A stretch of DNA of 64,000 bases, from positions 40,238,001-40,302,000 of the forward strand of contig NC_135655.1 in NCBI RefSeq assembly GCF_964188315.1. Direction: 5' to 3'. The notes under the pieces were generated by a model. It did no database searches. It was not told the DNA's origin and saw only the letters and a list, made by a program, of their open reading frames with translations. The position numbers and the translations under genes are program-made. The DNA comes from Podarcis muralis. Taxonomy: Eukaryota. This document shows positions 11,520 to 24,106 of this stretch, piece after piece. Within the stretch, counting starts at the first letter, position 1. Every line of letters starts with the position of its first letter.

Positions 11520-11674
11520 CAGTGTTTCCCAGACTTGGGTCTCCAGCTCTTTCTGGACTACAATTCCCATCATCCCTGAACACTGGCCCTGCTAGCTATG
11601 GATGATGGGAGTTGTAGTCCCCCTCCCCCCAAAAAAAAAACAACCAGCCAGAGATCCAAGTTTGGGAAACACTG
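11520..11674. mobile_element. hAT-type MITE
   Basis: TIRs cagtgtttcccagacttgg / ccaagtttgggaaacactg. Perfect 8-bp TSD gtttagaa (11512-11519, 11675-11682). Confidence 0.9.
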
Positions 11675-12643
11675 GTTTAGAAGTACTCAGAATCACGTTT
11701 TGGGTGCACGGTTAGTGGTGGCAAAACCTTTTAAGCTTCTGAGTAATGTAACCACTCTGGTGTTAATACCTGTCTCTGGATTCTACTAACTTTTAATTAC
11801 AGTATTTGTATATCGACTATGTAAGTGCATACTTGCCCACTAAATTTAACAGCCAGGTATAAGGCATAATTGAGCCTAGTGTGCAAGATTTTTAAAAAGG
11901 CTTTTTGCAGACATTTAAGAGATGAACGACTTAGCAATGGAAGAATTCCACCAAAAACAGAGCACCTTTCCAACCACATGTTCTGTGTTATACTTGTCTA
12001 AATTTCCTATTTAGAGTGAATAACTGGAAACACTCTGTCAGTATCCCCGATCACAACAGCTGTAGTATGTTTTTGAATGACCCACATTTCTCAAATAAGA
12101 ATAGGCTGTTTGAATGAATCACCATAGTGTTATGTTAGGCCAAGCTGAAAAGAATTCTCACAAACCTACAGAAAGCTTACACCTGAAGAGTGTTATTTTG
12201 CCAGAAAAATGACACCTGAACGTAACTATTCTATATATTTGAAATCCAAGGAAATGTGAATTTGATACACTGAGTTAGTAATAAAAAAAATGTAGACTTC
12301 CATAGGCAAACTGCGCCACACAATCCTATGCATTTTTACTCAAAGTGTGTCCAACTTTGTTCATTGTGGCTAACTCCCAATAGAAGTATGTGCAAGATTG
12401 CAACTTCAGAGACGTTTGGACTGCAGAAACTTGCACAGCAGTAGCTAGAGGAAAGATATTCAAACTGAGCAACCAAGAGTCAAATCCCTGTTTATGTGGG
12501 CTGCAAAATGTAATCACTAGGTTAAACAGTAGTCAACTGATTAAACTGTTGATGATGATGTTAAGTACCCATTTCTGGTGTTAGTTAATACAGTTCTCAT
12601 GTATTATGTAACAAGGGGGACCTGAAACAAAATGTTGGGGTCA

Positions 12644-13149
12644 CATCCACACCATACACCATAGGTAGGCAAACTAAGGCCTGGGGGCCGGATCCAGCCC
12701 AATCGCCTTCTAAATCCGGCCCGCGAACAGTCCGGGAATCAGTGTGTTTTTACATGAGTAGAATGTGTCTTTTTATTTAAAATGCATCTGTGGGTTATTT
12801 GTGGGGCCTGCCTGGTGTTTTTACATTAGAATGTGTGCTTTTATTTAAAATGCATCTCTGGGTTATTTGTGGGGCATAGGAATTCATTCATATATATTTT
12901 TCAAAATATAGTCCAGCCCTCCACAAGGTCTGAGGGACAGTGGACCAGCCCCCTGCTGAAAAAGTTTGCTGACCCCTGCCATACACTGAAAGGACATGTA
13001 AAACCCATGTCTTCCTCCAAGAATCCTAAGAACTGTAGTTTATTAAGTGTGCAGTGAATTATAGCTCTGTGTGGCATAAACGACAGTTTCCATGATTCTT
13101 TGGGGGAAGCTATGTGCTTTAAATGCTTGTTCAATTTATGGTGTGGATG
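12644..13149. mobile_element. Palindromic MITE (same family as 246-456), interrupted by a hAT element
   Basis: Ends catccacaccata / tatggtgtggatg. The internal aagaatcctaagaactgtagttt...gattctttgggggaagc matches the 246-456 family. Confidence 0.7.
12660..12978. mobile_element. hAT-type MITE
   Basis: Ends cataggtaggcaaact / agtttgctgacccctg. Perfect 8-bp TSD ccatacac (12652-12659, 12979-12986). Second copy at 35201. Confidence 0.9.
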
Positions 13150-13959
13150 TGACTATACTGTGAAGTACTCCCTGCTCAGAAGGAGAGCTACTATTTAATT
13201 CCCCCTTCTGCCTTGTTTTCAGGCACCACCACCAGTCAGCATTCCATGGCCACTGAGCATGCTCAGTGCTCACTGGGCTTCCTTCCCCACTTTGGAGGGC
13301 CCGCCCCTCAATTATTTTGGGGGAGCTTCTGCAAACCACCACCACATGGAATCTGTTGACTCCTCCCTCTTCGGGGTGGATGTTGCTGTTTTGGCTAGAT
13401 AACACTCGCAACCTGAACATCTGAAACACAGAGCATTAAAAATAAAAAGGGCTGTTTCTTCTAGCAACAAGTGATTATTTTCATTTATAACACTGTCAAG
13501 TCAATCTTTGCAATGTTTACTCGGAGGTAAGCCTCCATGTTCAGTCAGGCTTGCTCCTAGTGTATTATTTTTGAAAAGACTCCTAACAGGCATTTGGTGG
13601 AACACATGTTTTTTAAAAGGAGGACCTGAATCTAAAAGAACAAGAGAAAATGAATTAGTGTTGTTCCAAGGACTTTTGCACAAGCGCTAGTGGAAGACGT
13701 CTTGCAGTGCACATGCACAATGTGTCAGGGGTTGTGAATAAGGAAGATACAGATTGTAGCCATGTTAAAGACTTAAGAAAGCACTTGTCCAGTCATGCAC
13801 AGGAGTTTGCACAAATAGATGAACTTCTCTAGATCCAGCGTCACTTTTATGATTCACAGCACACTTCTTCTACCCCTTCCAAGAGAAGAAGAGGCTATTA
13901 GAATAGGGAGGGAATCCAATCCACAGCATCCATTCCACTGACTGGTTAAAATGAGGTGA

Positions 13960-14085
13960 TTTGTTACCCAACTGAGCAACAATCTTACCAAGAGGCCTTA
14001 GGCAAAGTATTTTCTCTCAGCATCAGTTTACCATCTATAAAATGGGAGCAAATTATTTTGTAACATAGCACTGAGGATAGTGTTG
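13960..14085 (+). mobile_element. Possible ancient CORE/MIR-like SINE remnant
   Basis: ccttaggcaaagtattttctctcagcatcagtttaccatctataaaatggg resembles the CORE-SINE central block. Confidence 0.45.
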
Positions 14086-15651
14086 CATATGGGCCCAAAC
14101 CCCTCTGAACTAAACGATCCTATGGAAGTGATAAACAATAATATTGCAGATAAAACAACTATTTGTTTCTCGTTTGGCATAAACAGCTACATATAACTGT
14201 GTCTTTTTCGTTGACCCATAACACCTTATTCTACCCTCTAGAGATTTTTTTTCTGAACAACTAGAGTAACTCTATAACAAAAACAACAGCTTGCCAAACA
14301 GGTTGCATTCATTTTATTTAGAATAAATGAATTTGCAAATCCATTTAAGACAGGAGTATTTCTGCTGATAACATTTGCTGAGAGGCTCATAGCCCAGAGT
14401 TCCTGTCACACCATCGATGGCATGGATGGTTATTATTTTCAGTTTGCTGCAAAAAATAAAAAATGCTTCAAGGACCCCATTAGCTTGTGACAGCTTTGAA
14501 TAGCCCGTGGTTTCGCTGGTTTCTTTTCATTTGACTTTGTTAAACATTTATTTAACATTGTCAGCCTGGTGCACAGATCTTGTCTCTAGTGGGCCTAAAG
14601 ACTACCTTATTTTCTTCTCTCTCTCTCTCTTTCACTGGTTCAGAGGTTGTTGCTGTAATCACATTGGCTATGGGCCTAAAGCAAGCTGTGTAACTCAGTG
14701 ACAGTTGCAATCCATACACTAGAAAAGGACAAAGAACCAATACATTTGAAAACTGCAACAATGAATGGAACTGGTGACAAGGGATTTTTATTTTTAAATG
14801 ATTTTGCACAGATAGTTGAATGGAGAGCGACGGTTTAAACTGTGCATTTAAAAAGCACCCTTTTCATTAAGAACCAAGTTGCAATGATTGGGCACGTCTG
14901 GCTATTACTGCATTGCTATCAAGTTTCAATATACTTCAGTATTTGCCTTTTCCTGGCATGAGGAATGTAATTGCTGCACTTGACTAAGCCCTCGTTCAGT
15001 AAAGCACCAGGACAGGAAAAAACAGCAACTCCTGATCAGCCAAACCTGCTTGACTTTAACATGTATGTATACCTGAAGGCATGTTTTCAAATGACAGGAA
15101 ATGTCTAATCACAAAAAAATCCTGTTATTTGTCTTATTTATACAGGACCGATTTTCCCCCTTTTGTTTTACATAAATAATATACTTTAAAAAAAATGCAC
15201 TAACAGCTTAGGCCTTTGCAGAATTAGGCATTAGTGGGCTCAGGTACACCTAACTCTGTACAGGAGGAAGCTGTAAAAAAAACAGAAAGGGGGGAAATAA
15301 ACTATGGCTACAATTCTAATGTTTCTTGAGGGCTCTCAAGACGCCATAGGGCGTTTTGGGTCTCCCTCTCTCAGGGTGGAGAGATGGGTCCTTAATCAGA
15401 AGGGAGATGTGACTTCATGATAGCTCTTCCTGGACACAACTCGGCAGCTGTTGTCCTACTGAATAGAAATGCCTATGTCAGTAAAGGCCTGCCTGGAGAT
15501 CAGGGGAAAGGTTCCCATTCCAGCAGTTCCCCAAAATGTGGGTGGGTGGGAGATGGGGAACAGGGACAAACACCAGTAGTGGAGCTGGCATATGTATTTT
15601 CCTATTTTCCCTGTCACTGATTCCAATTTAGTTTTTATTTTATTTGAAAAT

Positions 15652-16088
15652 GTTGTTGTTTAGTCGTTTAGTCGTGTCCGACTCTTTGTGACCCCACGGA
15701 CCAGAGCATGCCTGGCACTCCTGTCTTCCACTGCCTCCCGCAGTTTGGTCAAACTCATGCTGGTAGCTTCTAGAACACTGTCCAACCATCTCGTCCTCTG
15801 TCATGCCCTTCTCCTTGTGCCCTCCATCTTTCCCAAAATCAAGGTCTTTTCCAGGGAGTCTTCTCTTCTCATGAGGTGGCCAAAGTATTGGAGCCTCAGC
15901 TTCAGGATCTGTCCTTCCAGTGAGCACTCAGGGCTGATTTCCTTAAGAATGGAGAGGTTTGATCTTCTTGCAGTCCATGGGACTCTCAAGAGTCTCCTCC
16001 AGCACCAGAATTCAAACGCATCAATTCTTTGGCGATCAGCCTTCTTTATGGTCCAGCTCTCACTTCCATACATCACTACTGGGAAGTC
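15652..16088 (-). mobile_element. 5'-truncated BovB (RTE clade) LINE
   Basis: ORFs give VVMYGSESWTIKKADRQRIDAFEFWCWRRLLRVPWTARRSNLSILKEISPECSLEGQILKLRLQYFGHLMRREDSLEKTL and GHKESDTTKRLNNN, with a (CAA)n tail. 9-bp TSD tttgaaaat at 15643-15651 and 16089-16097. Confidence 0.95.
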
Positions 16089-17234
16089 TTTGAAAATACC
16101 TACGTTTAATTTTAAAAAGTTACTCTTTCCGGGCACTGTACAAAAATGGAACTACAAAATAATGAGTAAGAATAAAATCCAAAGCTTTCCAATATAGCCA
16201 GCAGTAAAAATAAAAAAATAAAAAATGTTTGAAACCATAACAGCCAGCATTGCCCAAGCCAACAAATGAAAAGTTGAACAACATGTGTCAGAACTACAGC
16301 AGCACCAGCACATTCCTTTTATTAGGAAGGAAATTGTTTTAAGGAAGAGGGAGATAAACGGAACAGGAAACTGAACAACAACAGAAATCTTCCCATTGCA
16401 CTGCTGACGCAGCCCAGCAGGACATTCAAAAAGACAGCTTATACAACTTTTTTCAGTCCCCCCTTTTTAAACTGCACATCTCACCTAAGAGCATCTAGAC
16501 TAAAACATGATACTTTTAAAGAAATGCTCATATCAATGTCCTCAACACTTTGTCTGCCAGGGTCAGTTGGCAACCCAAGGTGGCAGCAGACATTGGTAGC
16601 ACTGCTTCTATTTTTGTAGCATAGTTGCTGGGCTGTCCTCTCTTGATGCCCTTATCCCTTTAAATTGCAGCCCACATGGATTCCATGTGTCAAGCATGCT
16701 GATTCATCAAACATGACACTATCAGGTCATTCATTCTGGTAGTACCCTCAGACCACTTCTATGCAAATTTGCTAAGACGTTAATCCATCCTGGATTTGTT
16801 TCCAGGTATGTATGCAAAGGATTGATGCTTATGTCAGATTGCCACTTTTTATTCACACAAATGACAGATAATTCTGCAGAAATCATCCAGCAATACCAGA
16901 TTTAGAGCAGTGTGGGTGGTTCCCACAAAATAAAATAATACTAATAATAATACCTGTATTATATGGGTACCTATTGAGAAGATCCATAAAAAAGCAACTG
17001 TACAAAAATGAATTATTGTGAAAATAACAAATATTTTGGGTGTGCCAATTTTTGTTGTCACTCAGGGCACCATATTATCAGTCTGTCCCTGCTTCCAGCC
17101 CCTCAAATCGACCCAGTTACTGAGATGACCTGCCAGCCCTCTTCTCTGGGTGCACCACACTATCAAAAGGTGAGGTTACTGGCAAGCAAGGAGGTGTTTG
17201 GGGCTGCTGTCCCCATTGGCTATCGGAGGTTTGA

Positions 17235-17700
17235 CAGCACATTCTTCCTCAAGGAAGCGGAGACCATGATCCAAGAAGCCAACTCCTTCCTGACGACACC
17301 ACCTGTGTGTGCAGCCAGTGGTTTATCTCAAGTATTTTCCTCTCTTTTCTTGGGCCACAACCTTCAACGAGGAGGAGTGATGAAAAGACTACCAGTGCCC
17401 CAAGTCTCTTCGGCTCCCTGCCCAGTGTCTCATAGTCCCTTGCTATGTGTTGCAGGCTTTGTGCGGCAGTATCATTTGTACCCGCATGGATCAGAAATAA
17501 GGGGTAGTGGGCAGTGGGCTGTATAAGCCTTGGCAACTTCTCCATCACATTGTGAATCTTTGCACCCAGAAGACAGCACACCTCCTGTGACATCCTGTTT
17601 CCTTCACACACTACTGCCTCTGTTCCCCTCAATAGGGAGTCACCTATCACCACCACTCGTCTCCTCCTCTTCTGGGGAGTAGCAGGGATCATTCTATGGG
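17235..17700 (-). mobile_element. CR1 LINE ORF1 fragment (SGNH esterase-like domain)
   Basis: RRRVVVIGDSLLRGTE...CCLLGAKI...LIHAGTND...VVFSSLL are the GDS and GxND blocks characteristic of CR1 ORF1p. Confidence 0.88.
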
Positions 17701-18399
17701 CTGGGCCTTCCTAGGCTGCTTGGAGTGTTCTGAGATCTGCTTCCGTTGTTCTCGAGTCTTCCCCTCTTGTTTATTGGAGCTTATTTTGATATTGTTGGGA
17801 TAAGTCACAAAGGCCGGAAACTTATGGTTTGCGTGCTTCCCACGCCTTCCTCCCAGTTTGTCATCTCTAGGCTGCAATTCCCTTTTTCTAACGTCGTCAC
17901 CACAGAAGGTAGCAAGTACATTATCAGCACACTCATCCGCGGTCAGTTGCCTTGGATCTGATCAACACATCCTTTTGCTATCACCATGCATTCTCTTTCC
18001 TTTTAGCAAAAAAGAAGGGAATGTTTCTAAATATTCTAAATTGCTTTAATAAGCCCCCAATAAAAACAAAAATGTTAAAGCAATGGGTATAAAATTGCTT
18101 CTTCCCTCCTCCAACCTTGGTTATACCTTCTTCATGAAAAAATAAAACAAACCCACGTCATTTGTGACTTTATTAACGGTGTCCCTAAACAGCCTTCCTT
18201 ATATAACAGTCCTCCCACCTTGCTGCAGATGCATTGTTTCCCTCAAAGAACTGTCTCTGTAATTAGTTTTCCCCCAATTGCATGGATAGAGGCATACATC
18301 CTCATTCATTTCTCTTGATTTAAATACATCTTTATTGTGCAATAAAAGTTCCTAAATGGACATTTTCGGTTTTAGAAAACCTAAAAATCTTTAAATTAT

Positions 18400-18625
18400 G
18401 TGAGTGGAGGCTTACAAATAACAGGGAGTTCATGACGGATGAGTTTCCTAAATGTGAGGTATTGAATAGCCTTCCAAGAAATAAAAGTGGGAAGCATCTA
18501 AAGAAACTGGTGTGGCTGTATAAGGCGCTTTCAGATGAGCAGGGATTTAAATGTGACATGTATAGGAAACAGAAGGGGCAAATCACAAAGGAAGAATATA
18601 AATGAGTAGCCAACATGGGCATGGA
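18400..18625 (+). mobile_element. CR1 LINE ORF2 fragment
   Basis: Degenerate KKLVWLYKALSDE..FKCDMYRK..GQITKEEY matches the CR1 ORF2 linker between the endonuclease and RT domains. Confidence 0.7.
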
Positions 18626-18924
18626 GTTTTCTGCTCATCTCGTGCCTTCTAGGCATGGGTCCAAACCGTTTTCCATTTGCCCTGCTGGCTTGCCCAGGGA
18701 CACCTGCTTTTTTATGTGGAAAGTAATGCCCAGCGACTCTGCCGCTCCAAGGTTTGGCTACTCTGCCAGTACAACCATTAAAAATATGAGGAGAGAGAAA
18801 AGCAGAAGACAAAGGTTTACCAAGAGATCCGTCATCGTACATCAACCAGAGAATGAACAGTGGCAGACAGATTGCTCCTCGCACCATCCCTGCCAGCAAG
18901 GACCATCAGAAGCCAAGTAGGATC

Positions 18925-19075
18925 ACTGGTCCTTTTAGCTCACCATTGTCAACAATGACTAGCAGTGGCTAGTTTAAGAGAGGAGTCTTTTCCTAGCTCT
19001 ACTTGAAGATACCAGGAATTGAATCTAGGACTTTTCATATGCAAAATATGCGTTCAACCACTGAGCTATACTCCC
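18925..19075 (-). mobile_element. Degenerate tRNA-derived SINE
   Basis: Minus head tatagctcagtggttgaacgcatattttgcatatg...gattcaattcctgg (A and B boxes). Related to 8485-8915. Confidence 0.7.
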
Positions 19076-19393
19076 ACCTAGAAAGAACATACAGCCTCAA
19101 CTGCCAAATGCAAGGAGGTGTGTTTTGGATGCTATGTTGTATATGTGTGCTTTGGGGTGTGTGGCTTTCTCTCTCTCATTCTTCCTTTCTTCCATACTTT
19201 CCATCAGTCTGTAATCACTGGATTGAATGGTCAGTATAAATCCTTTAAACAAATAATAATTAAAAATTCCCTAAGTGCACAAATGGTGGCAGAGAACTAT
19301 GTAAACTATACTGAGCTGGAAGGGTGGGATAATACATATGAGACATTGTGGAAGACTCTGGATGACTGTGTGGTGCAAAGATTTTACAAGATA

Positions 19394-19619
19394 CAGTGGT
19401 ACCTCAGGTTAAGTACTTAATTCGTTCCAGAGGTCCGTACCTAACCTGAAACTGTTCTTAATCTGAAGCACCACTTTAGCTAATGGGGCCTCCAGCTGCC
19501 ACCGCGCCGCCAGAGCACGATTTCTGTTCTCATCCTGAAACAAAGTTCTTAACCCAAGGTAATATTTCTGGGTTAGCGGAGTCTGTAACCTGAAGTGTCT
19601 GTAACCCGAGGTACCAGTG
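19394..19619. mobile_element. Tc1/mariner-type MITE (opposite orientation to 10703)
   Basis: TA-cagtggtacctcagg...cccgaggtaccagtg-TA. Confidence 0.9.
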
Positions 19620-21580
19620 TATGTGAATTAAACAATTCCGGTTTTTACAGTCAGTGGGAGAGGCCCTCCAAAGGTGAGTGGCAACTGAGGTGGGGGAAGT
19701 TGCCAGAATCATGGCACAGGAAGAAAGGTTTAAATCCACACATCCCCAATAGTTCCTGATACTAATCGCCTCTCTGTGTCTGCTGCTTCTGTTTGAAGTG
19801 ATGCATTTAACCATCTGCTGCAAGAGTCTTATGAGTTTGTCATGTCTGACATAGATGTTATTGCAAGTATTATTGGTTTTTTAATGCTTAGTCAAGATAT
19901 TTCTGTTCTGGCCAGCTTTTGGCCTGCTGAGCTTAAGAATTTTGGTGGGGGCTACTCTATGGTGTGATATTTTTTACCTTGGTAACTTTTAGTGTTTTAT
20001 TTGATGATGATGATGATTAGGGAGTGCAATTTTTAATTTTTAGCAAGCCATCCTGAGTATTGTGATTTCAACCAAAGGGTAGGGTATAAATTGTTTAAAT
20101 AAATACATATATAAATGTCAATTTACTTTTAAACATCAGTTGTTTAGAATCATTTGCAGAAATTAGTGTATCTAGTCAATAATGCAGTTCCTCCCTTTCC
20201 CAACACACAGATCTGGTAGAAATCTGTTTATGAGATTTGTTAGAAAACCAATTTAGTTTAAGTACACAATTCTGTTATGCCCAGAAAGTATTTTCTCCAT
20301 CTGACATTTATATGTGGATTCTCATTTAGAAATTAACAAGATCAGATATTGCTGAAGTGCTAATATAAGCAGCTCAGTCCAGCTAAATCCGTTATTAGCA
20401 GGATCTGGGCAATGACCTCTGTTTTGCCAGCCAAAGGATTGTGACTACAGAAAATGAGAAGGAATGCTAAGGTTGCAAGTCTGCATATAGTTAGGATCCT
20501 TAAATCTCATCAAGTTCACTGGGAGTTTAGGAGCTAAACTATGTGTTGGATTGCAGCCATTAATCAATAAGGTAAACAATAATTTTAAGTGTCCCTTTTA
20601 CATTCTATTCATTTGGAGACATTCTACTAATGAGTCCTGTCAGTACAAGGATTTCCACTTGTGAAATGGGACTTTATCCCTTCTCCTCCTTCTCCGCCCC
20701 ATGCCTTCCTCAAATCTGTTCCAGAGGGCTGGAGGAACCCCTAGAAGTTCTAAAAGGTGCATGGGGGAGAACATTCTGTGGCACAAGCAGAAATCTTTGT
20801 GATGATGAAACAATTGCCTTAGCACTACCTTGGATTCAACCCACTGTTCCTTAGCCTGAAGCTGCTTGCTGCTTTACTTTACCAGTGGAATTAATTTCAT
20901 GGCAGGTTTTCTTAGACTGGTGGGCATGCTATTACTCCAGAATGACCATAGGTTTCATCAAGGAAACTAATGACAGATACTGTCCTGAAAGCCGAGGATC
21001 TCTCACTAACGTTTGCAATGTGACAGCAATCAAGAGTTTGCAGAAACTGACACCGCACTGGGAGTTGTGGAGTTTGTGACCATAGTTTGTATTAAGTGGT
21101 CTGCGCTGCGGAATGTGTGCAGATCTCTTTCTGGCTGTCTGAATGGCTAATTTTAAGGATGTCTTCAGGTGGAAACTTCATGACTGGTGTGCAGCAATAA
21201 GCTTGCCAGCAACACTGTAAGCATGTCTTGTCAATGTTGCTATGTAGGTGCTTGTTTTTGCAGCTTTTGTTTCCCTTCACCACATGCTTAAGCCACTGCA
21301 CAGTTTACAACCTGCAGTCTTACCCTCTGCAGTGTTTGCCCAATGAGATGAAGAGGATTAGGAGGGGCCAGTTCTTCACAGGAAGGGGCTGTGCAGTTCC
21401 ATCTTCACACCTGAAAGGATCCAGGGAATTCTTTAAGAGTGATGTAAATTCCAAAGGGACATAAAAGGAGGGGGCGGAGGAAGGGAGGGATCAAAGGCAA
21501 GTGTGGCTGATCAGTATCAATGTGCCTCTCAAGCGCAGGTTCTGCATTATGAAAGTAGCAACAGTTTCGGGATGCTATTA

Positions 21581-21750
21581 CAGTGGTACCTCAGGTTAAG
21601 TACTTAATTCGTTCCGGAGGTCCGTACTTAATCTGAAACTGTTCTCATCCTGAAGCAAAGTTCTTAACCTGAAGCACTATTTCTGGGTTAGTGGAGTCTG
21701 TAACCTGAAGCGTATGTAACCTGAAGTGTATGTAACCTGAGGTACCACTG
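21581..21750. mobile_element. Tc1/mariner-type MITE with central deletion
   Basis: TA-cagtggtacctcagg...cctgaggtaccactg-TA. Lacks the central block of the 19394 copy; the deletion lies between ctgttct microhomologies. Confidence 0.9.
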
Positions 21751-22946
21751 TATATCCTACACACACTTATAAGGACTCCAATTCCCCAGTGTAATAGGAC
21801 TTCTGACTTGTGCTGCCCCCATTAAAACCATCACAAAAAAGTGATGTCAACAAAAGCAATGAGAGAGGCCAGATTACAGGAGTGTCTTAAGAATTCACTT
21901 AAGCCTCTTTGGCCTTTCTTGCAAAGATGGTACATCGGATGCTGCTTTTGGGATTCCTGGTGCAACACAAGGAAGCAGCATCTGAAGCACAACAGAACAA
22001 CTTAATGTCACCCTTTTGCTATGTGCTGATGATTCAAATGCGTTGAAACCACAGATTGGGGCTGCCCCTTTGAAGGGACCCTTGTATGAAACGACCGCCA
22101 CATTGTGAACATGCAACCGATTAACGCAGCTACCACTCTTGCAACTGCTACATTTAAATTAACAATTTCATCCCTTTATAAAATCTAACAATTACCAGAG
22201 GGGTAGCCAGGTTAATAACCTGCTGCAGTACAAACAATAGTTTTGTGGCACCTTAAACAGCTAAGATTGCCACCTTAACTAGTGGAGGGTGGGGGAGGCA
22301 AAGAAATATCGGTGAACAACTACTGCAACGCTGGCAAGAGAGGAATGCATGCCTAAGGAATCAAATCCTCGCAGGGAGAAGGGATGTAATCACAACAAGG
22401 CCTTGCTCCCCCTTTCCCCGCCAGAAAAAAAGGCAGGGTTTTCACAGGAGTCAGACCTTAGGTGGGTTATTGCAATCACCCCCACTTATTCCTCTCTTGA
22501 ATAGGTGGAGCAATGCAAAGCTTTTTTCCCCCTTTTCTTTCTTTCAAAGCAATGCAACCTTTTACCGTAGGGCTGCGAACGCGAAGCGAATCCGCCGCCC
22601 GCGGCTTCCACCGCGCGGAGTTCTAGAACGGAGCGTGCGTAAGCAGCTGCACGCCTCGTGCCCGGAGGGTGCTAAAAGCGGAGCGCGCCAGCCCTTCCTT
22701 TGCAGAAGAGGAAGAGGAGGCGGCCACGGGGAAAGCCAACTTCGCGGGACGGAGGGAAATGCACGCGCCTTGCACCGTGCAGGCTCCAACTGCTTCCCTC
22801 TCTTCTGCAGCGGGGCTGGCTCTCTGGCCCTGGCGCCTAACTCTCCTCGCTCCCCTCCCCGCGCGTGTGGCCTTGTGCACAACTCCGCGTATCCCTCCGC
22901 GGTGCGCGTGCGAGACACTCGCAACTCTTTGAAAATAAGCGAGCGA

Positions 22947-22997
22947 GGGAACTACTTTCGGGAAACTATTTTTGCATGGCGGGCTGGGAATGTGGTC
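22947..22997. promoter_or_regulatory. Candidate ZNF143/THAP11 (ACTACA-SBS) motif pair
   Basis: ggaactac on plus, and gaccacattcccagcccgcc on minus, resembling ACTACAnTTCCCAGnATGC. Motif match only. Confidence 0.35.
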
Positions 22998-24039
22998 ATT
23001 TAGTCTCTTCCCCTCCCTCCTGTTCTTCCTTGGAGGTAGCCCAGCCAAAAAAGAAGGAAAAAAGAGCGACTCCTTTAGGAGAGGCATGAGACTTCAGGGC
23101 CTCGGTAGCAAGAGCCTCTTTCTTTCTAGGCACGGGGTGGCAAAGCAAACCACCCGAGAACCAACTTGGGTTTTGCTCCGACTTGTGCCCTCCACTGTTC
23201 CATTGGGAGGAACCCGCTTCCTCGGGTGACCAGCCAGTCTCGAGCAGGAAGAGAGCTTTGCGTGGCCTCCATAATAAAATCCCTTCGCGCCACAACCCGG
23301 GGGTTTTATTGTGCAAACTTGAGGAACATTCCCGATATTTGCTCATTTGCTTATTTATTTATTTATTTGAGGGGCGGCGAATGAGCAGCCAAAGGAAACC
23401 CCCCCCCTCCGGCCTTGGAAGCGCGCGAAGGAACAGCAAGTTTGTGCTGTCCGGCTGCCCAGAGAGAGGGGAGGGAATCGGGGCCCTTGGCAGCCGTGTT
23501 CCTCCGAGTGAAGGGGCTCGGGGCGCCAGCCGCGTGCAAAGAGGGAAGGCGACGTAGCCCGCCTATGTGTGTGTGTGGGGGGGGGGCGCTTCTCCGCCCT
23601 TCCCCAGCCCCGTGGCAAAAAAAAAAAAAAAAAAAGTTCTGCGCCCTTCGGCGGCTCCTTCGGACGGAGGCGCTTCTCAAGTGCCCGGGCTCTCCTTTCC
23701 CGTCCGTCGCCTCGGAGAGTTGGCGGCGGAAGGAGCGTGAAGTCAACGCTTCCGCCCAGTTTTCCAGTCAGAGGAGGAAGGGGGGGGGGGCGCAGAGAGA
23801 GAGGCTCGGGGGCTGTGGCTGCTCCGGGTGGGCCTGGGGAGCAGCTCCTGAACTTGCTCGCCTTCTCGGTTGGGGAGAGGGCGGGGTGCCAGGGCTGGTG
23901 GCGGAGGAGGAGAAGGACGAGCTCTTCCTACTTCTCCTCTCGGCTTCTCCTCTTTCCTCCTCCTCCTCCTCCTCCTCCAGCGCCACCAGCCGTGACGCAT
24001 CCTCCCCTCCCCTTTTCTAACCTCCGGGCTGCTTTCAAA

Positions 24040-24106
24040 CTCCCCCCTCCCTCCTCCTTTCCTCCTCCTCCTCCTCTTCCTCCCTCTTTCCCTCCCTCTC
24101 CTTTTC
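24040..24106 (+). repeat. 67-nt pure polypyrimidine (CCT-rich) tract
   Basis: Only C and T from 24040 to 24106. A second (CCT)n run is at ~23953-23977. Confidence 0.9.

Noticed and set aside
22618-22630. Heat-shock-element-like TTCTAGAA
   Set aside because: Only two nGAAn units. A functional HSE normally needs three.
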